A DNA stretch of 64,000 bases from Opitutaceae bacterium. Lineage in GTDB: Bacteria > Verrucomicrobiota > Verrucomicrobiia > Opitutales > Coraliomargaritaceae. The stretch is from positions 352,001-416,000 of the forward strand of contig JBPOFY010000002.1 of the NCBI GenBank assembly GCA_051252375.1, in the 5' to 3' direction. Numbering within the stretch: the first letter of the stretch is position 1; each line of letters begins with the position of its first letter. A program made the translations under genes and the position numbers. This document shows positions 51,693 through 62,559 of this stretch, piece after piece. Below the pieces are notes generated by a model, which saw nothing but the letters and a program-made list of their open reading frames with translations, did no database searches and had not been told where the DNA came from.

Positions 51693-52007
51693 AGTTGTAG
51701 CCACGGCAGTCACCTGCCGTGTTTCGTTTTAGCGGATAACGGCTATGCTCGGGATCACGTCACAGAGTGACGTGGCTACATCGATGATGATGGAACAGAA
51801 TGGTGAAACAGTCACTCCAGTCTAAGTTGTAGCCACGGCAGTCCCCTGCCGTGTTTCGTTTAGCAGAACAACAGCTATGCTCGGGATCACGTCACAGAGT
51901 GACGTGGCTACATCTGTGATGATGGAACAGAATGGTGAACGCAGTTGGCGGACGTGTGAAACACGTCCCTCCAGTCTAAGCTGTAGCCACGGCAGTCTCT
52001 GCCGTGT
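51693..52007. repeat. BIME-like array of GTAG-family REPs
   Basis: GTAGCCACGGCAG...CTGCCGTG three times and CACGTCACAGAGTGACGTGGCTAC twice, with conserved linkers. Confidence 0.9.
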
Positions 52008-52033
52008 TGTTGTCAGGATGGCTCGACCCGAAA

Positions 52034-53029
52034 TTAATGCGGGCGCCAGCTCTTGAGTATACGCATATAGTTCGCGCGTTCGAGAGCCTCGGGATCGGGG
52101 CAACTATCGTAGTTCATGCAACCTCGAAGTATCTCCAAAGATCCATACTCTTTTTCCTCCATCCATTCAGTCAGTTCGGCTAGGATTTCCTCTGCGCGAA
52201 CTGGGCCGTTGATGAGTAAGGTGGAGACAAGTTGAATCACGTCGGCACCAGCCATCAGAGCTTTGACCACATCGATACCGGTATGCGCACCGCCTGATGC
52301 CGCTAGCTGGCAATCGATGCGACTGCTGAGCAGCGCGAGCCAACGCAGACGTAGCAAGAGCTCTTGCGAGTATGAATACTTCAAACGTGGGACCACCTCT
52401 AGTTCATCGACATCGAAGTCAGGCTGATAAAAGCGATTAAACAGCACGAGACCATCTACACCAGCTTCGCTAAGACGCTTTGCAAAATGCGGCAGCGCGG
52501 TGAATGAAGGCGACAACTTAACCGACAATGGGATCGAGATACGCTCACGGATGGACTGCACAATACGGAGATAACGATCTTCCATATCACTGGCACTCAC
52601 GTTGAAGTCAGTGGCGAGGCAGTATAAGTTGAGTTCGAGCGCGTCAGCTCCGGCGCCTTCAATCAGTGATGCATAGCTCACCCACTCTCCTTCTCGATTT
52701 CCGTTGAGCGACGCGACAACGGGAATATCGACAGCCCCTTTAACCTGTTGCAGCTGGTCAAGGTAGGCATCGACGCCACGATCCAGAAGACTGACTTCTG
52801 GGAAGTATGACGCTGCTTCAGAGAAAGAGTTCTCGTAGGCACCCAGATGTGCATCAGAGCCAACAATGTTTTGAGTGATTTGCTCTTCGAAAAGAGAATA
52901 CATCGTGATGGCGGCGACCCCTGCATCTTCCAGGGCGCGCACCTTAGACACATCGTCCGAAAGTGGCGATGCACCCGCGACGATGGGGTTCTTTAAGTTC
53001 AGACCGAGATAGTTTGTTTCGAGATTCAT
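52034..53029 (-). CDS. dihydroorotate-dehydrogenase-like flavoprotein (PFOR-associated)
   Basis: YLGLNLKNPIVAGASP, SLFEEQI, ADALELN, VKLSP, LFNRFYQPD, ERANY. Confidence 0.9.
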   Translation of the reverse strand: MNLETNYLGLNLKNPIVAGASPLSDDVSKVRALEDAGVAAITMYSLFEEQITQNIVGSDAHLGAYENSFSEAASYFPEVSLLDRGVDAYLDQLQQVKGAVDIPVVASLNGNREGEWVSYASLIEGAGADALELNLYCLATDFNVSASDMEDRYLRIVQSIRERISIPLSVKLSPSFTALPHFAKRLSEAGVDGLVLFNRFYQPDFDVDELEVVPRLKYSYSQELLLRLRWLALLSSRIDCQLAASGGAHTGIDVVKALMAGADVIQLVSTLLINGPVRAEEILAELTEWMEEKEYGSLEILRGCMNYDSCPDPEALERANYMRILKSWRPH

Positions 53030-53060
53030 GGCGTATATTTCTATGTTGGATACTGTTTAC

Positions 53061-56000
53061 TTATTCACTCGGCGTCTCTGCTTTAGGGAACGGCTCGGCT
53101 AAACGCTCATAGAGCGCATATTGGTCGTCGACGAATTGCTGCGCTTTCTTACCTAGCAACTTCGCGCGACCGGGGTCCTTCAGCTTCAACATACGGAAGC
53201 GTGCTTCATTGTCGGTGTAAACATACAGCGGTTCCTTCGGCTTGCGTGAATCGAGCTTGAGCGGATTCTCGCCATTCTCAGAGCGAGCAGGATCGAAGCG
53301 ATAGAGCGGCCATGCGCCAGTGCTGACGGCGAGCTTTTGCTGCGCCATACCATCGGCGAGATTATAGCCGTGCGCGATACAGTGACTGTATGCGATAATC
53401 AGCGACGGACCGGGATGGCGCATGGCCTCGTAGATCGCGTTGACGGTCTGCGTGTCTTTTGCGCCCATGGCTACTTTGGCGACATAGACGTTGCCGTAGT
53501 TCATCGCGATCAAGCCGAGGTCTTTCTTGCCCACAGCTTTACCTGAAGCAGCAAACTTCGCAATCGCGCCGATCGGCGTAGACTTACTTTGTTGTCCACC
53601 AGTGTTGGAATAGACCTCGGTATCGAGAACGAGAATGTTGACGTTACGCCCCGAGGAAAGCACGTGGTCCACCCCACCGAAGCCAATATCATAGGCCCAA
53701 CCGTCACCGCCTACGATCCACACGGATTTCTCGACTAGGTAGTCAGCCACATCAAGCAGACGCTTGGCATTGAGACCGGAGACCGATTGTAGGCTTTGCT
53801 TCAACTGATCCACTCGTGCACGTTGCGCTGCGATGCCAGCCTCGTCGGACTGATCGGCGTGCAGGATGCCGTCCACCAATTCGAAATCGTCAGCACCTTT
53901 CACTTTGATCAAGAGGTGCCGTGCGATCTGCGTTTGCTGATCGATTGAGACACGCATCCCAAGACCGAACTCGGCATTATCTTCGAAGAGTGAATTGGCC
54001 CATGCGGGTCCGCGACCATCGCTGTTGCAAGTGTAAGGTGTGGTGGGCAAGTTGCCACCGTAGATGGAAGAGCAACCTGTGGCATTGGCCATCACGAGGC
54101 GATCCCCGCAGATTTGAGTCAACATTTTGAGATACGGCGTTTCCCCACAACCTGCGCATGCGCCCGAATACTCAAAGAGCGGTTCTTTGAATTGGGTGAA
54201 TTTCACATCGTCCTTCAAAGTCGCACGATCAGGCTTAGGCAACGCAAGGAAGAAGTCGTAGTTGGCACGTTCCTCTTCAAGCAGCGGCGCTTGCGTGCGC
54301 ATGTTGATCGCTTTCTCACGAGGATTGCTCTTATTCTTCGCTGGGCAAACCGCGACACAAAGCGAGCAACCCGTGCAGTCTTCTGGTGCCACTTGGATGG
54401 TGAATTTCTTATCGGGATAATCCTTAACCCGGAAATCAACGGAGCGGAAACAATCAGGTGCACCGTCGAGCGACTCGGCATCGTAGAAATTCGAACGGAT
54501 GGCCGCGTGTGGGCAAGCTTGCACGCACTTGTTACACTGGATGCAGACTTCCGGATCCCAAATTGGAATTTCTTGAGCGATGTTGCGCTTCTCCCACTGG
54601 CTGGTGCCGACATCCCAGACCCCATCTGGACGGAAGGCACTGACTGGCAACGCATCCCCCTTGTTGGAGAGCATGACGGCGGTGATACGTTGGACAAAAT
54701 CAGGTGCCGCGGCAGGCACTACTGGTGGTTTTTCAATCGTCGACGATACGACGTCTGGTGTGACCACTTCATACAATGCAGCGAGTGTCTGATCCACCGC
54801 CGCGAAATTCTTATTCACGACTTCTGGGCCTTTTTTGCCGTAGGTTTTTTGAATCGCTTCTTTGATCTTCGCAATTGCTTCGTCACGAGGTAGCACGCCG
54901 GAAATTGCAAAGAAGCAAGTTTGCATGATCGTGTTAATCCGCCCGCCCATGCCGGCCTCACGTGCTACTTTATAGGCATCGATGACATAGAATTTGAGTC
55001 CTTTTTCGACAATCGCCTCTTGAATTGTGCGTGGCATGTGCGACCACACTTCGTCTTTTGTAAAGTTGGAATTGAGCAGGAACACTGCGCCAGGTGCCGC
55101 AGCATCGAGCACATCGTATTGATCGAGGAACTGCGCTTGGTGACAACCGACAAAGCTGGCATTCTTAATTAGATAAGGTGCCTCAATCGGATCCGGTCCA
55201 AACCGCAGGTGTGAAATGGTGACTGCACCAGACTTCTTAGAATCATAGACGAAGTAACCCTGAGCTGAGTTCTCTGTGCCCTCTCCGATGATCTTCACCG
55301 TATTCTTATTCGCTCCCACAGTGCCATCGGAACCGAGACCGAAGAAAATACCACGAATCACTTCGGGCGCTTCAATATCGAAATACTCATCAACCGGCAG
55401 CGACAATCCAGACACGTCATCAACAATGCCGACAGTGAAACGGCGCTTCGGTTTCTCAGCGCTCAATTCATTGAACACAGAATTGACCATCGCGGGGGTG
55501 AAGTCTTTCGAACCCAAACCGTAGCGACCACCAATGGTCATCGGGCAAAAAGCATCCGGTAACAGACCGGTCTGACGCGCTTCATCAATCGCGCCCACCA
55601 CATCGAGGTAGAGTGGTTCGGCCACCGCACCTGGCTCTTTGCAACGATCCAAGATCGCGATGCGGCGCACGGTTTTAGGTAGCGCAGCGACAAAGCGTTT
55701 CACATCGAGTGGACGATACAAACGCACTTTCAGCACGCCGGTCTTTTCACCTTTTGCATTTAGATAATCGACCGTTTGCGAAACTGTTTCTGCTCCGGAG
55801 CACATGATAACAACCACCGACTCTGCGTCGGGTGCGCCATGATATTCGTAGAGTCCGTATTGGCGACCAGTGAGCTCGGCGAACTTCGCCATCTCGGCTT
55901 CGACCGTGTCGGCACAAACATCATAGAATGGATTAGAGGCCTCACGCGCTTGGAAGAACACATCCGGATTTTGCGCGGTGCCACGAATAGTTGGGTGATC

Positions 56001-56645
56001 CGGCGATAGGCTGTTGGCTCGGATACGAGCAATTGCCTCGTTATCGATCATCGCTTCAAGCACCGAGTCGGCCAGTGGTGCGATCTTGTTGATTTCGTGC
56101 GAAGTGCGGAAGCCGTCAAAGAAATGCAAAAAAGGAATCCGACACTTCAAAGTCGAAGCGTGTGCGATACAGGCCATGTCCTGCGCTTCTTGCACTGAAT
56201 TCGAGGCCAACATCGCGAAACCAGTCTGGCGACATGCCATGACATCCGAATGATCACCAAAAATCGACAGTGCATGTGTTGCCAAAGCGCGCGCGCTCAC
56301 ATGCATACAGAACGGCGTCAGCTCACCCGCAATTTTATACATATTGGGGATCATCAGCAAAAGACCTTGCGATGCGGTGAAAGTCGTCGCCAATGCACCC
56401 GTTTGCAGCGCTCCGTGCAAGGCACCTGCAACGCCCGCCTCTGACTGCAGTTGCACCACTTCAGGCACATCCGACCAAATATTTTTACGGTTCGCAGCCG
56501 CCCATTCGTCACAGACTTCGCCCATACTCGTCGACGGCGTAATCGGATAAATTGCAATCACCTCGGATGCGCGATATGCGACTGAAGCCACGGCTTCATT
56601 AGCGTCTGTCATCAGAGAAGGAAGAGAGGTAATATTGTCTTTCAC
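53061..56645 (-). CDS. nifJ: pyruvate:ferredoxin/flavodoxin oxidoreductase
   Basis: YPITPS, SQGLLLM, GSDGTVGANK, two ferredoxin motifs, GACAGCGET, GGDGWAYDIG; start probably GTG 56645 or ATG 56612. Confidence 0.97.
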   Translation of the reverse strand: MKDNITSLPSLMTDANEAVASVAYRASEVIAIYPITPSTSMGEVCDEWAAANRKNIWSDVPEVVQLQSEAGVAGALHGALQTGALATTFTASQGLLLMIPNMYKIAGELTPFCMHVSARALATHALSIFGDHSDVMACRQTGFAMLASNSVQEAQDMACIAHASTLKCRIPFLHFFDGFRTSHEINKIAPLADSVLEAMIDNEAIARIRANSLSPDHPTIRGTAQNPDVFFQAREASNPFYDVCADTVEAEMAKFAELTGRQYGLYEYHGAPDAESVVVIMCSGAETVSQTVDYLNAKGEKTGVLKVRLYRPLDVKRFVAALPKTVRRIAILDRCKEPGAVAEPLYLDVVGAIDEARQTGLLPDAFCPMTIGGRYGLGSKDFTPAMVNSVFNELSAEKPKRRFTVGIVDDVSGLSLPVDEYFDIEAPEVIRGIFFGLGSDGTVGANKNTVKIIGEGTENSAQGYFVYDSKKSGAVTISHLRFGPDPIEAPYLIKNASFVGCHQAQFLDQYDVLDAAAPGAVFLLNSNFTKDEVWSHMPRTIQEAIVEKGLKFYVIDAYKVAREAGMGGRINTIMQTCFFAISGVLPRDEAIAKIKEAIQKTYGKKGPEVVNKNFAAVDQTLAALYEVVTPDVVSSTIEKPPVVPAAAPDFVQRITAVMLSNKGDALPVSAFRPDGVWDVGTSQWEKRNIAQEIPIWDPEVCIQCNKCVQACPHAAIRSNFYDAESLDGAPDCFRSVDFRVKDYPDKKFTIQVAPEDCTGCSLCVAVCPAKNKSNPREKAINMRTQAPLLEEERANYDFFLALPKPDRATLKDDVKFTQFKEPLFEYSGACAGCGETPYLKMLTQICGDRLVMANATGCSSIYGGNLPTTPYTCNSDGRGPAWANSLFEDNAEFGLGMRVSIDQQTQIARHLLIKVKGADDFELVDGILHADQSDEAGIAAQRARVDQLKQSLQSVSGLNAKRLLDVADYLVEKSVWIVGGDGWAYDIGFGGVDHVLSSGRNVNILVLDTEVYSNTGGQQSKSTPIGAIAKFAASGKAVGKKDLGLIAMNYGNVYVAKVAMGAKDTQTVNAIYEAMRHPGPSLIIAYSHCIAHGYNLADGMAQQKLAVSTGAWPLYRFDPARSENGENPLKLDSRKPKEPLYVYTDNEARFRMLKLKDPGRAKLLGKKAQQFVDDQYALYERLAEPFPKAETPSE

Positions 56646-56954
56646 GATAAGTATTGCTAAACTTATACATACCCTAAGACAAGCAATGCTTATAGGTAGA
56701 TTTGATTCTTTAGCTAATATAATTGAATACAAAAGCTGCGCTTATGACTCAGAAGTGTATCCGTCACGTCGTTTCCGAGGGGTTACAATGGTTGACGCGA
56801 CGTCACGAATAACCCCTCCGTCTGCGGCGAGCGCAGACACCTCCCCTTCGCAGGAGAGGAGCTTATTGAGCGGCTAGTTTTCTGGAAAATCGCTTAAGGT
56901 AGCGGCGATGGTCCCCATCGCCACACGTCAAGGCCGCACGATTCCTACGGGCAC

Positions 56955-57884
56955 TTAGCGCCCAAAGAAGCTCAAAGCGAAGTCCGCAAAATAGGCATCG
57001 ACGTATTGATCGGCTCCGAGGAAATACAGTAAACCGGCAACCGCGAGCATTGGGCCAAATGGCACCTGCGCACCAAACTCAACGGCTTCTTCCTCTTCTT
57101 CACCTTCAACCGGATCAATTAATGGCGCATCGGGCTTTGCAGCTCCTTTGCCGAGTAGTCGACCGATCATCAAAATGGGCAACAGGACGATCGAACCAAT
57201 CAAGGCACCGCCAAACATCGCAAAAACAGCGCCTTGCCATCCACAGAAAGCACCGATGAAGCCGACAAATTTCACATCGCCCTCCCCCATGGCTGGCTTG
57301 CGAAAGACAATCTCGCCGAGCACTGCGATCCAATAAACTAAGCCCGCACCGATCAATGCGCCCATCACCGAGAGCACACCGGATTGGATATTTTCAGCAA
57401 TCGGTAAACCCTCGATACCATGCAGAGCAGGAAACGCGATTGAGAGCACCACACCGATCACCATACCACCAATCGAGAAACGATCAGGAATGATCATGTG
57501 ATCGAAATCAATGAATGTGGAACAGATCAAAAAAGCGATGTAGAGCATTCCAATGAATGCCACCACCGGCGAATGCGTGAGCCATGAAGCCAAGAACAAT
57601 AAACCCGTGAGCAGCTCAATGGCTGGATAACGCACGCTGAATTTTGCACCGCAGCAACTGGCGCGACCTCGCAAAATCAACCAAGTCAAAATCGGCAGGT
57701 TATGATACCAGGGAATGGGTTGTCCGCAGGCACAGGTTGATCCGGGAAAAACCACCGAGCGTTCTGCCGGTATACGATAGATACAGACGTTCAGAAAACT
57801 CCCGACTATGGTGCCTAATATAAAAACAAGCGAAGTGAAGAACCAGGGAAAGTCTTCGTTAATAAATTCAAGTGTCTCAATCAT
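56955..57884 (-). CDS. pilD: prepilin peptidase / N-methyltransferase (A24)
   Basis: GSFLNVCIYRIP, SVRYP..E, IDFDH..IPD, MGEGDVK, VPFGP. Confidence 0.95.
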   Translation of the reverse strand: MIETLEFINEDFPWFFTSLVFILGTIVGSFLNVCIYRIPAERSVVFPGSTCACGQPIPWYHNLPILTWLILRGRASCCGAKFSVRYPAIELLTGLLFLASWLTHSPVVAFIGMLYIAFLICSTFIDFDHMIIPDRFSIGGMVIGVVLSIAFPALHGIEGLPIAENIQSGVLSVMGALIGAGLVYWIAVLGEIVFRKPAMGEGDVKFVGFIGAFCGWQGAVFAMFGGALIGSIVLLPILMIGRLLGKGAAKPDAPLIDPVEGEEEEEAVEFGAQVPFGPMLAVAGLLYFLGADQYVDAYFADFALSFFGR

Positions 57885-58809
57885 AACGGGGCGGTAAATT
57901 TAAAGCGTGGCAAGCAGCCTTCGACATCACATGCGCACTCACCTCTGCATGCGACCAAATTTCTAAAGAGCGCACACCTTGATGCACCAACATGGAAAGA
58001 CCATTGGCAATTTCGAGTCCATGCGCGCTGGCTTCCTTTAACAGTGTCGTCGCAGAAGGATTATAGATCATGTCATAGACCTTCCAACCTTTAGGTAGCG
58101 CAGTGACATCAATCGGGGCGGGATCATCCGCCTTCAAGCCGAGCGAGGTCGCATTGATCAGTACGCCATTTTCGGGTAGATCCGCAGGCAGCTCGGCAAT
58201 GGCAAACGCCTCTGCAGTTTGACCGCCGGGCATCGCATGCACGACATCCATCACATTTTGTAAACGCTCGGGTGTGCGATTACCTATATAAAGCTTCGAA
58301 CAATGATCGAGCACGCACTGCACCGCCGCGGCGCGCGCCGCGCCACCGGAACCCAGCAAGACAACTGTGGCACCTTTGAGGTGCACATCTAAATCTGCCT
58401 TGAGGGCATTCTTCAAACCATAGCCGTCGGTATTGAAACCATCATAGCCAAACTCGTCCCAAACCAGTGTGTTGACCGCGCCCATGCGCTCCGCATCCGG
58501 GGAGATACCTTTGATCAAAGGCATCGCCTCGACCTTGTGAGGGATGGTTAAATTAAGCCCGAGAAAATTATGCTTATGAAACAGCGGCAAAGCCTTGGGC
58601 AAATCCTCAGGCGCGACGTCGAAACGAAAATACGTCCAATCCGCAAAACGTGAATTCACTAGCCGCATTTTTGCCAGTGCCGCGTTGTGCATCGCGGGAC
58701 TGACCGAGTGCTTGATCGGGTGCCCTAAAACAGCCAAAGGCGTGCCACCAAAATCAATTTTGCCCAAATCATCGAGGGTGTAAGTTTTATCCGTATCAAA
58801 AGTCGTCAT
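57877..58809 (-). CDS. aroE: shikimate dehydrogenase
   Basis: GHPIKHSVSP.MHN, NLTIPHK, GAVNT, NTDG.G, GSGGAA, NATS.G, DMIY. Confidence 0.95.
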   Translation of the reverse strand: MTTFDTDKTYTLDDLGKIDFGGTPLAVLGHPIKHSVSPAMHNAALAKMRLVNSRFADWTYFRFDVAPEDLPKALPLFHKHNFLGLNLTIPHKVEAMPLIKGISPDAERMGAVNTLVWDEFGYDGFNTDGYGLKNALKADLDVHLKGATVVLLGSGGAARAAAVQCVLDHCSKLYIGNRTPERLQNVMDVVHAMPGGQTAEAFAIAELPADLPENGVLINATSLGLKADDPAPIDVTALPKGWKVYDMIYNPSATTLLKEASAHGLEIANGLSMLVHQGVRSLEIWSHAEVSAHVMSKAACHALNLPPRYD

Positions 58810-59027
58810 TCAGAGTAAGAGAGTTCTAAAACAAGTAGGCATGAATCCACGCAGTGACGAGCCGTTTTTTGATTTCTTCAGACTTGATCGTTGGTTTCGT
58901 GCTGGGCAGCTATATTCACTAACAAATCCAATTAAAATTCCTGTTAAAAGCGGAAATCCTTAAAGTTTCCCGAGGTGACGCTTGACCCAAAAAACGATTT
59001 AAAGATTGTTAAAACGAAAATCTCATT

Positions 59028-59906
59028 GTGGCTAAAAAAAATAAACAACAACGCAATGCGCTTTTCAAAGCGTTTTTCGTCCTAATGCTGCTCTCCACAG
59101 CTTGCTGCCTCGTCCTAATTTGGGCTGCACGCGATGCCAACTCCCCGTTCGCAAAGTCGATCCGTCAGTGGATCGGAATCAGAGAACCAGCACCTGTCGT
59201 TGAAGAGGTTCCGATCGTTGAAGTTCCTGAAGTGGTCGAAGTGACACCTGAGCCGATCCAGCCAATCGTGGTCGAACCTGAACCGGATCCCATCATTGAT
59301 ATCACTTTTGGAGAGATCACCAAACTACGCCACCTTTGGCCTAGAAAGCTCCAACTAAACTTAGCCGCGAAGATCACAATTCGTTTCAACGGCAACACCT
59401 ATGGCGACATCGAGTTCGCGCCCGGCACGGTCGTCCAAGTGCAAGCACTGAAATCGCCGGCACATGTCGAATGCACACTCGGCAGCAATTTCACCACCAT
59501 CCCAGTCCATGAAACTGATTTCGCAGAATGGTTCACCGACAAGTATTCGGAAAAATATACATTACAGCCGATTCCAAAAGTTGATAATACAAACGATTTC
59601 GAGAGGGCGACATTCACCCGAGACGAACGGGAAAAAGCAGTGTGGAATCAAATGAATATTTGGTGCCACAAGAATTACGGTTCCATCGCGCTGACCCTCG
59701 ACACAGACAAACTGATTTTCAAATGGCATGCCACGAACGACAACTACGTGGACTATTCATACGAAGCGCGCGAGATCGCACGCAAATTTTTGCAACTTCG
59801 ATCTGAACTAGGCAAGACAGACGACAACTACGCCGCTTGTGAAATCCGCAACCCACGGACAGATGAGCTATTAGGCAGCGGCGCTGTCTTCATCCCTCAA
59901 CTATAG
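59028..59906 (+). CDS. hypothetical membrane-anchored protein
   Basis: Basic N-terminus, TM helix, Pro/Glu/Val-rich linker. Confidence 0.65.
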   Translation: MAKKNKQQRNALFKAFFVLMLLSTACCLVLIWAARDANSPFAKSIRQWIGIREPAPVVEEVPIVEVPEVVEVTPEPIQPIVVEPEPDPIIDITFGEITKLRHLWPRKLQLNLAAKITIRFNGNTYGDIEFAPGTVVQVQALKSPAHVECTLGSNFTTIPVHETDFAEWFTDKYSEKYTLQPIPKVDNTNDFERATFTRDEREKAVWNQMNIWCHKNYGSIALTLDTDKLIFKWHATNDNYVDYSYEAREIARKFLQLRSELGKTDDNYAACEIRNPRTDELLGSGAVFIPQL

Positions 59907-59976
59907 CCGAAAGATAGAACTCGGTTTCTTGAGACTGAGGTAATCCCGAGCATATACGCTAACCTGCTAAACCGAA

Positions 59977-60097
59977 ACACGGAAGGAGACTGCCGTGGCT
60001 ACAACTTAGACCAGAGGGACGTGTTTCACCCGTCCGCCATTTACTTGGAAGCTCATCCTGAAACGTAAAGATGTAGCCACGTCACTCTGTGACGTGT
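59977..60097. repeat. inverted copy of the GTAG-family REP module
   Basis: Near reverse complement of 51946-52007, plus GATGTAGCCACGTCACTCTGTGACGTG at 60070-60096. Confidence 0.85.
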
Positions 60098-60134
60098 CCC
60101 TCAAGTTCGTCCAAGGCGGTTACCTTCGATACCA

Positions 60135-60911
60135 CTAAGAAAGGCCGCGCTCACTGCTCTCGGCAAAAGTAAGCAAGGTCTGAACGATTGGATCCTCTAG
60201 ATCTGCTTCTGCGCGTAACTTATCAGCTGCTTGGCGACGGTTGAGACCTTCCTTGTAAAAGGTTTTAAACAGACGACGCACCAGAGCGACATCTTCCGGA
60301 GAAAATCCAGCTCGTTCCAAACCGATCTTATTTGTGGTGCGCACTACCGCAGGATTTCCATCTGCGATCATATATGGCGGCACGTCCTGCACGATTTTAG
60401 ATGCAGCGCCAGCCATGGCGTAATCACCGATACGGCAAAATTGATGTAGTCCCGTGCCCCAGCCGATATTGACGTGATTACCCACCACAACGTGACCACC
60501 GAGCGCAGAGTGGCTACTCATCACCAAATGGTTCCCGACGATGCATTCATGCGCAATGTGACTATATGAAAGAATCAAATTATGATCCCCCATAATCGTA
60601 TTCGAATCTTCGTTGGTGGCACAGTGAACTGTGGTGAACTCACGAAAGACGTTTTTTGAGCCGATCTTCAGACCGTGCACACCGCCACGATATTTCAAGT
60701 CGTGCGTTTTACCACCGACGTAGGCGTATGGGTGCACTTCATTGTCCTCGGCCATCGTGGTGGCACCATCGACAGTTGCGTGGTGCATGACCTCCGTGCC
60801 TTTGCCAATCTTCACACGGGAACCGATGTAAGCATAAGCACCTACGGTTACGCCATCATCGAGCTCAGCACCGTCTTCAACGATTGCAGTTGGGTGAATC
60901 TGTGTCGCCAT
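60135..60911 (-). CDS. lpxA: UDP-N-acetylglucosamine acyltransferase
   Basis: IHPTAIV hexapeptides, [31 protein letters not shown]. Confidence 0.96.
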   Translation of the reverse strand: MATQIHPTAIVEDGAELDDGVTVGAYAYIGSRVKIGKGTEVMHHATVDGATTMAEDNEVHPYAYVGGKTHDLKYRGGVHGLKIGSKNVFREFTTVHCATNEDSNTIMGDHNLILSYSHIAHECIVGNHLVMSSHSALGGHVVVGNHVNIGWGTGLHQFCRIGDYAMAGAASKIVQDVPPYMIADGNPAVVRTTNKIGLERAGFSPEDVALVRRLFKTFYKEGLNRRQAADKLRAEADLEDPIVQTLLTFAESSERGLS

Positions 60912-60925
60912 TTTTGTGGTCTCAA

Positions 60926-62260
60926 TTAATCAGTCGCATCGGCCAGCATGAACATCAGTTCGGCGCTGGAAACAGTCTTACCGGCCACTTTACATTCGCC
61001 AGTGGCTGTCGCGATTTTATTACCCCGAATCTTGATCAACTTAACGCGAATCTCGATGGAGTCTCCAGGCTCAACGGCTTGGCGGAATTTCACCTTATCC
61101 ACACTCATGAAAAAAGCGATTTTGTTCTCTTCGACAGGAAGCTTGCGTAAAAGTAAAACACCAGCCGCTTGCGCCATCGCTTCAACTTGCAAGACACCCG
61201 GCATCACAGGACGTCCCGGATAGTGACCTTGGAAATATGGCTCGTTAATGGTGACGTTTTTAAGGGCGACCAACTCGTCTTCGCTGACGATTTCGATGAC
61301 CTTATCAATCATCACGAATGGGTAACGATGCGGCAAAGTATCCAACACACGGCGAATATCCATCGTCGTTTCATGTGCTTCGACTACGGAAGCTTTTTTA
61401 GACTTCGCCGCAGCTTTCGCGCCCTTTGCTTTTTCAAGAATCTTCTTACGTAGCACCTTGGAAAGCTCTGCATTCAAAGCATGCCCTGGACGCACGCCAA
61501 CGATGTGTGCCTTGATCGGCATACCCGCGAGCACGATGTCGCCGATGATATCGAGCATCTTGTGACGAACAAACTCATCCTTAAAACGAAGCGGCTCTTT
61601 AGAGACGATCTTATCGCCCTTGATCACAATCGCGCTGTCGAGACTACCACCCTTGATCTTACCGAGCTTCAACAACTCTTCGATGTCTTCATAGATGGTG
61701 AAAGTCCGCGCTGGTGCGATCTGCGCCACGTATGTTTCAGGGTCCACATCCAGACTCAAGTGCTGCGTATGGATCCCACGGTCATCTGCCGAGGTGCATG
61801 TAATACGGAAGCCATCATAAGGCAGCGCAATAATTGAACTGTTGCCGCGTGTGACAGAAATCGGTTCTTCCAAAACGAAGTATTCGCGCTCCGCCTCTTG
61901 CTCCACAGGTTCAGCTTGCTGCACCAGATTTACGAAATGCTTCGCAGAACCATCGAGAATCGGTGGCTCACTCGCATCCATTTCGATGAGCACATTGTCC
62001 ACACCGCAACCATTCAGCGCGCTCAACACGTGCTCCACGGTGTGCACCTTGGCATGTCCGTCGGCAATCGTCGTGCTGCGAACCAAATCCTCAACCAACT
62101 CGATCATCGGTTTCAGTTCAGGCTTACCGTAAAGATCGATCCGTTTAAAAACGATCCCGTGATTCTCGGCAGCTGGTTTGAGGGTCAGATTAACTTCTTC
62201 GCCTGTGTGCAAGGACTTCCCCTTGATCGAGACTTCCCGAAGGATGGTGCGTTGCTTCAT
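60926..62260 (-). CDS. lpxC-fabZ: bifunctional LpxC deacetylase / FabZ dehydratase
   Basis: [29 protein letters not shown] (LpxC); LPHRYPF, GHYP..PVMPGVL..EAMAQ (FabZ); start MKQRT at 62260. Confidence 0.96.
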   Translation of the reverse strand: MKQRTILREVSIKGKSLHTGEEVNLTLKPAAENHGIVFKRIDLYGKPELKPMIELVEDLVRSTTIADGHAKVHTVEHVLSALNGCGVDNVLIEMDASEPPILDGSAKHFVNLVQQAEPVEQEAEREYFVLEEPISVTRGNSSIIALPYDGFRITCTSADDRGIHTQHLSLDVDPETYVAQIAPARTFTIYEDIEELLKLGKIKGGSLDSAIVIKGDKIVSKEPLRFKDEFVRHKMLDIIGDIVLAGMPIKAHIVGVRPGHALNAELSKVLRKKILEKAKGAKAAAKSKKASVVEAHETTMDIRRVLDTLPHRYPFVMIDKVIEIVSEDELVALKNVTINEPYFQGHYPGRPVMPGVLQVEAMAQAAGVLLLRKLPVEENKIAFFMSVDKVKFRQAVEPGDSIEIRVKLIKIRGNKIATATGECKVAGKTVSSAELMFMLADATD

Positions 62261-62417
62261 ATATATGAGTATTAAGACAGTAAGATCAGAACGAACAGTG
62301 AGAACGGACCGACATAAAACCCCAAAAGCTAAAGGAAGCCTCAAACATGTAAAGCATCGGTTTTAACGATCACCTGATGTGTGAGAAGGGATACCTTGGT
62401 AGCTGTCTTATATATTA

Positions 62418-62524
62418 TGGAGGGCAATGCGCCGTTCTAACCTGAGTTTGTCGAAGTGTCATTGCCGCAGATACTTCGTTGCCGCATCGAACCTTCGGCG
62501 GTTGCGACGGAGCGCAACCCTCCA
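62418..62524. repeat. TGGAG-family REPIN with insertion in the first hairpin loop
   Basis: TGGAGGGCAATG...CATTGCCG and CGGCGGTTGCGACGGAGCGCAACCCTCCA. Confidence 0.82.
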
Positions 62525-62559
62525 AAAACATGCAACTCGCTCGTATTTTGCCAGTTCTA

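Noticed and set aside
51693..52007. Possible CRISPR array
   Set aside because: The intervening segments are themselves repeated rather than unique spacers, units alternate in orientation, and no cas genes are in the window; this fits REP/BIME.
60926..62260. LpxC-FabZ fusion as a novelty
   Set aside because: This fusion is already well known in several phyla.
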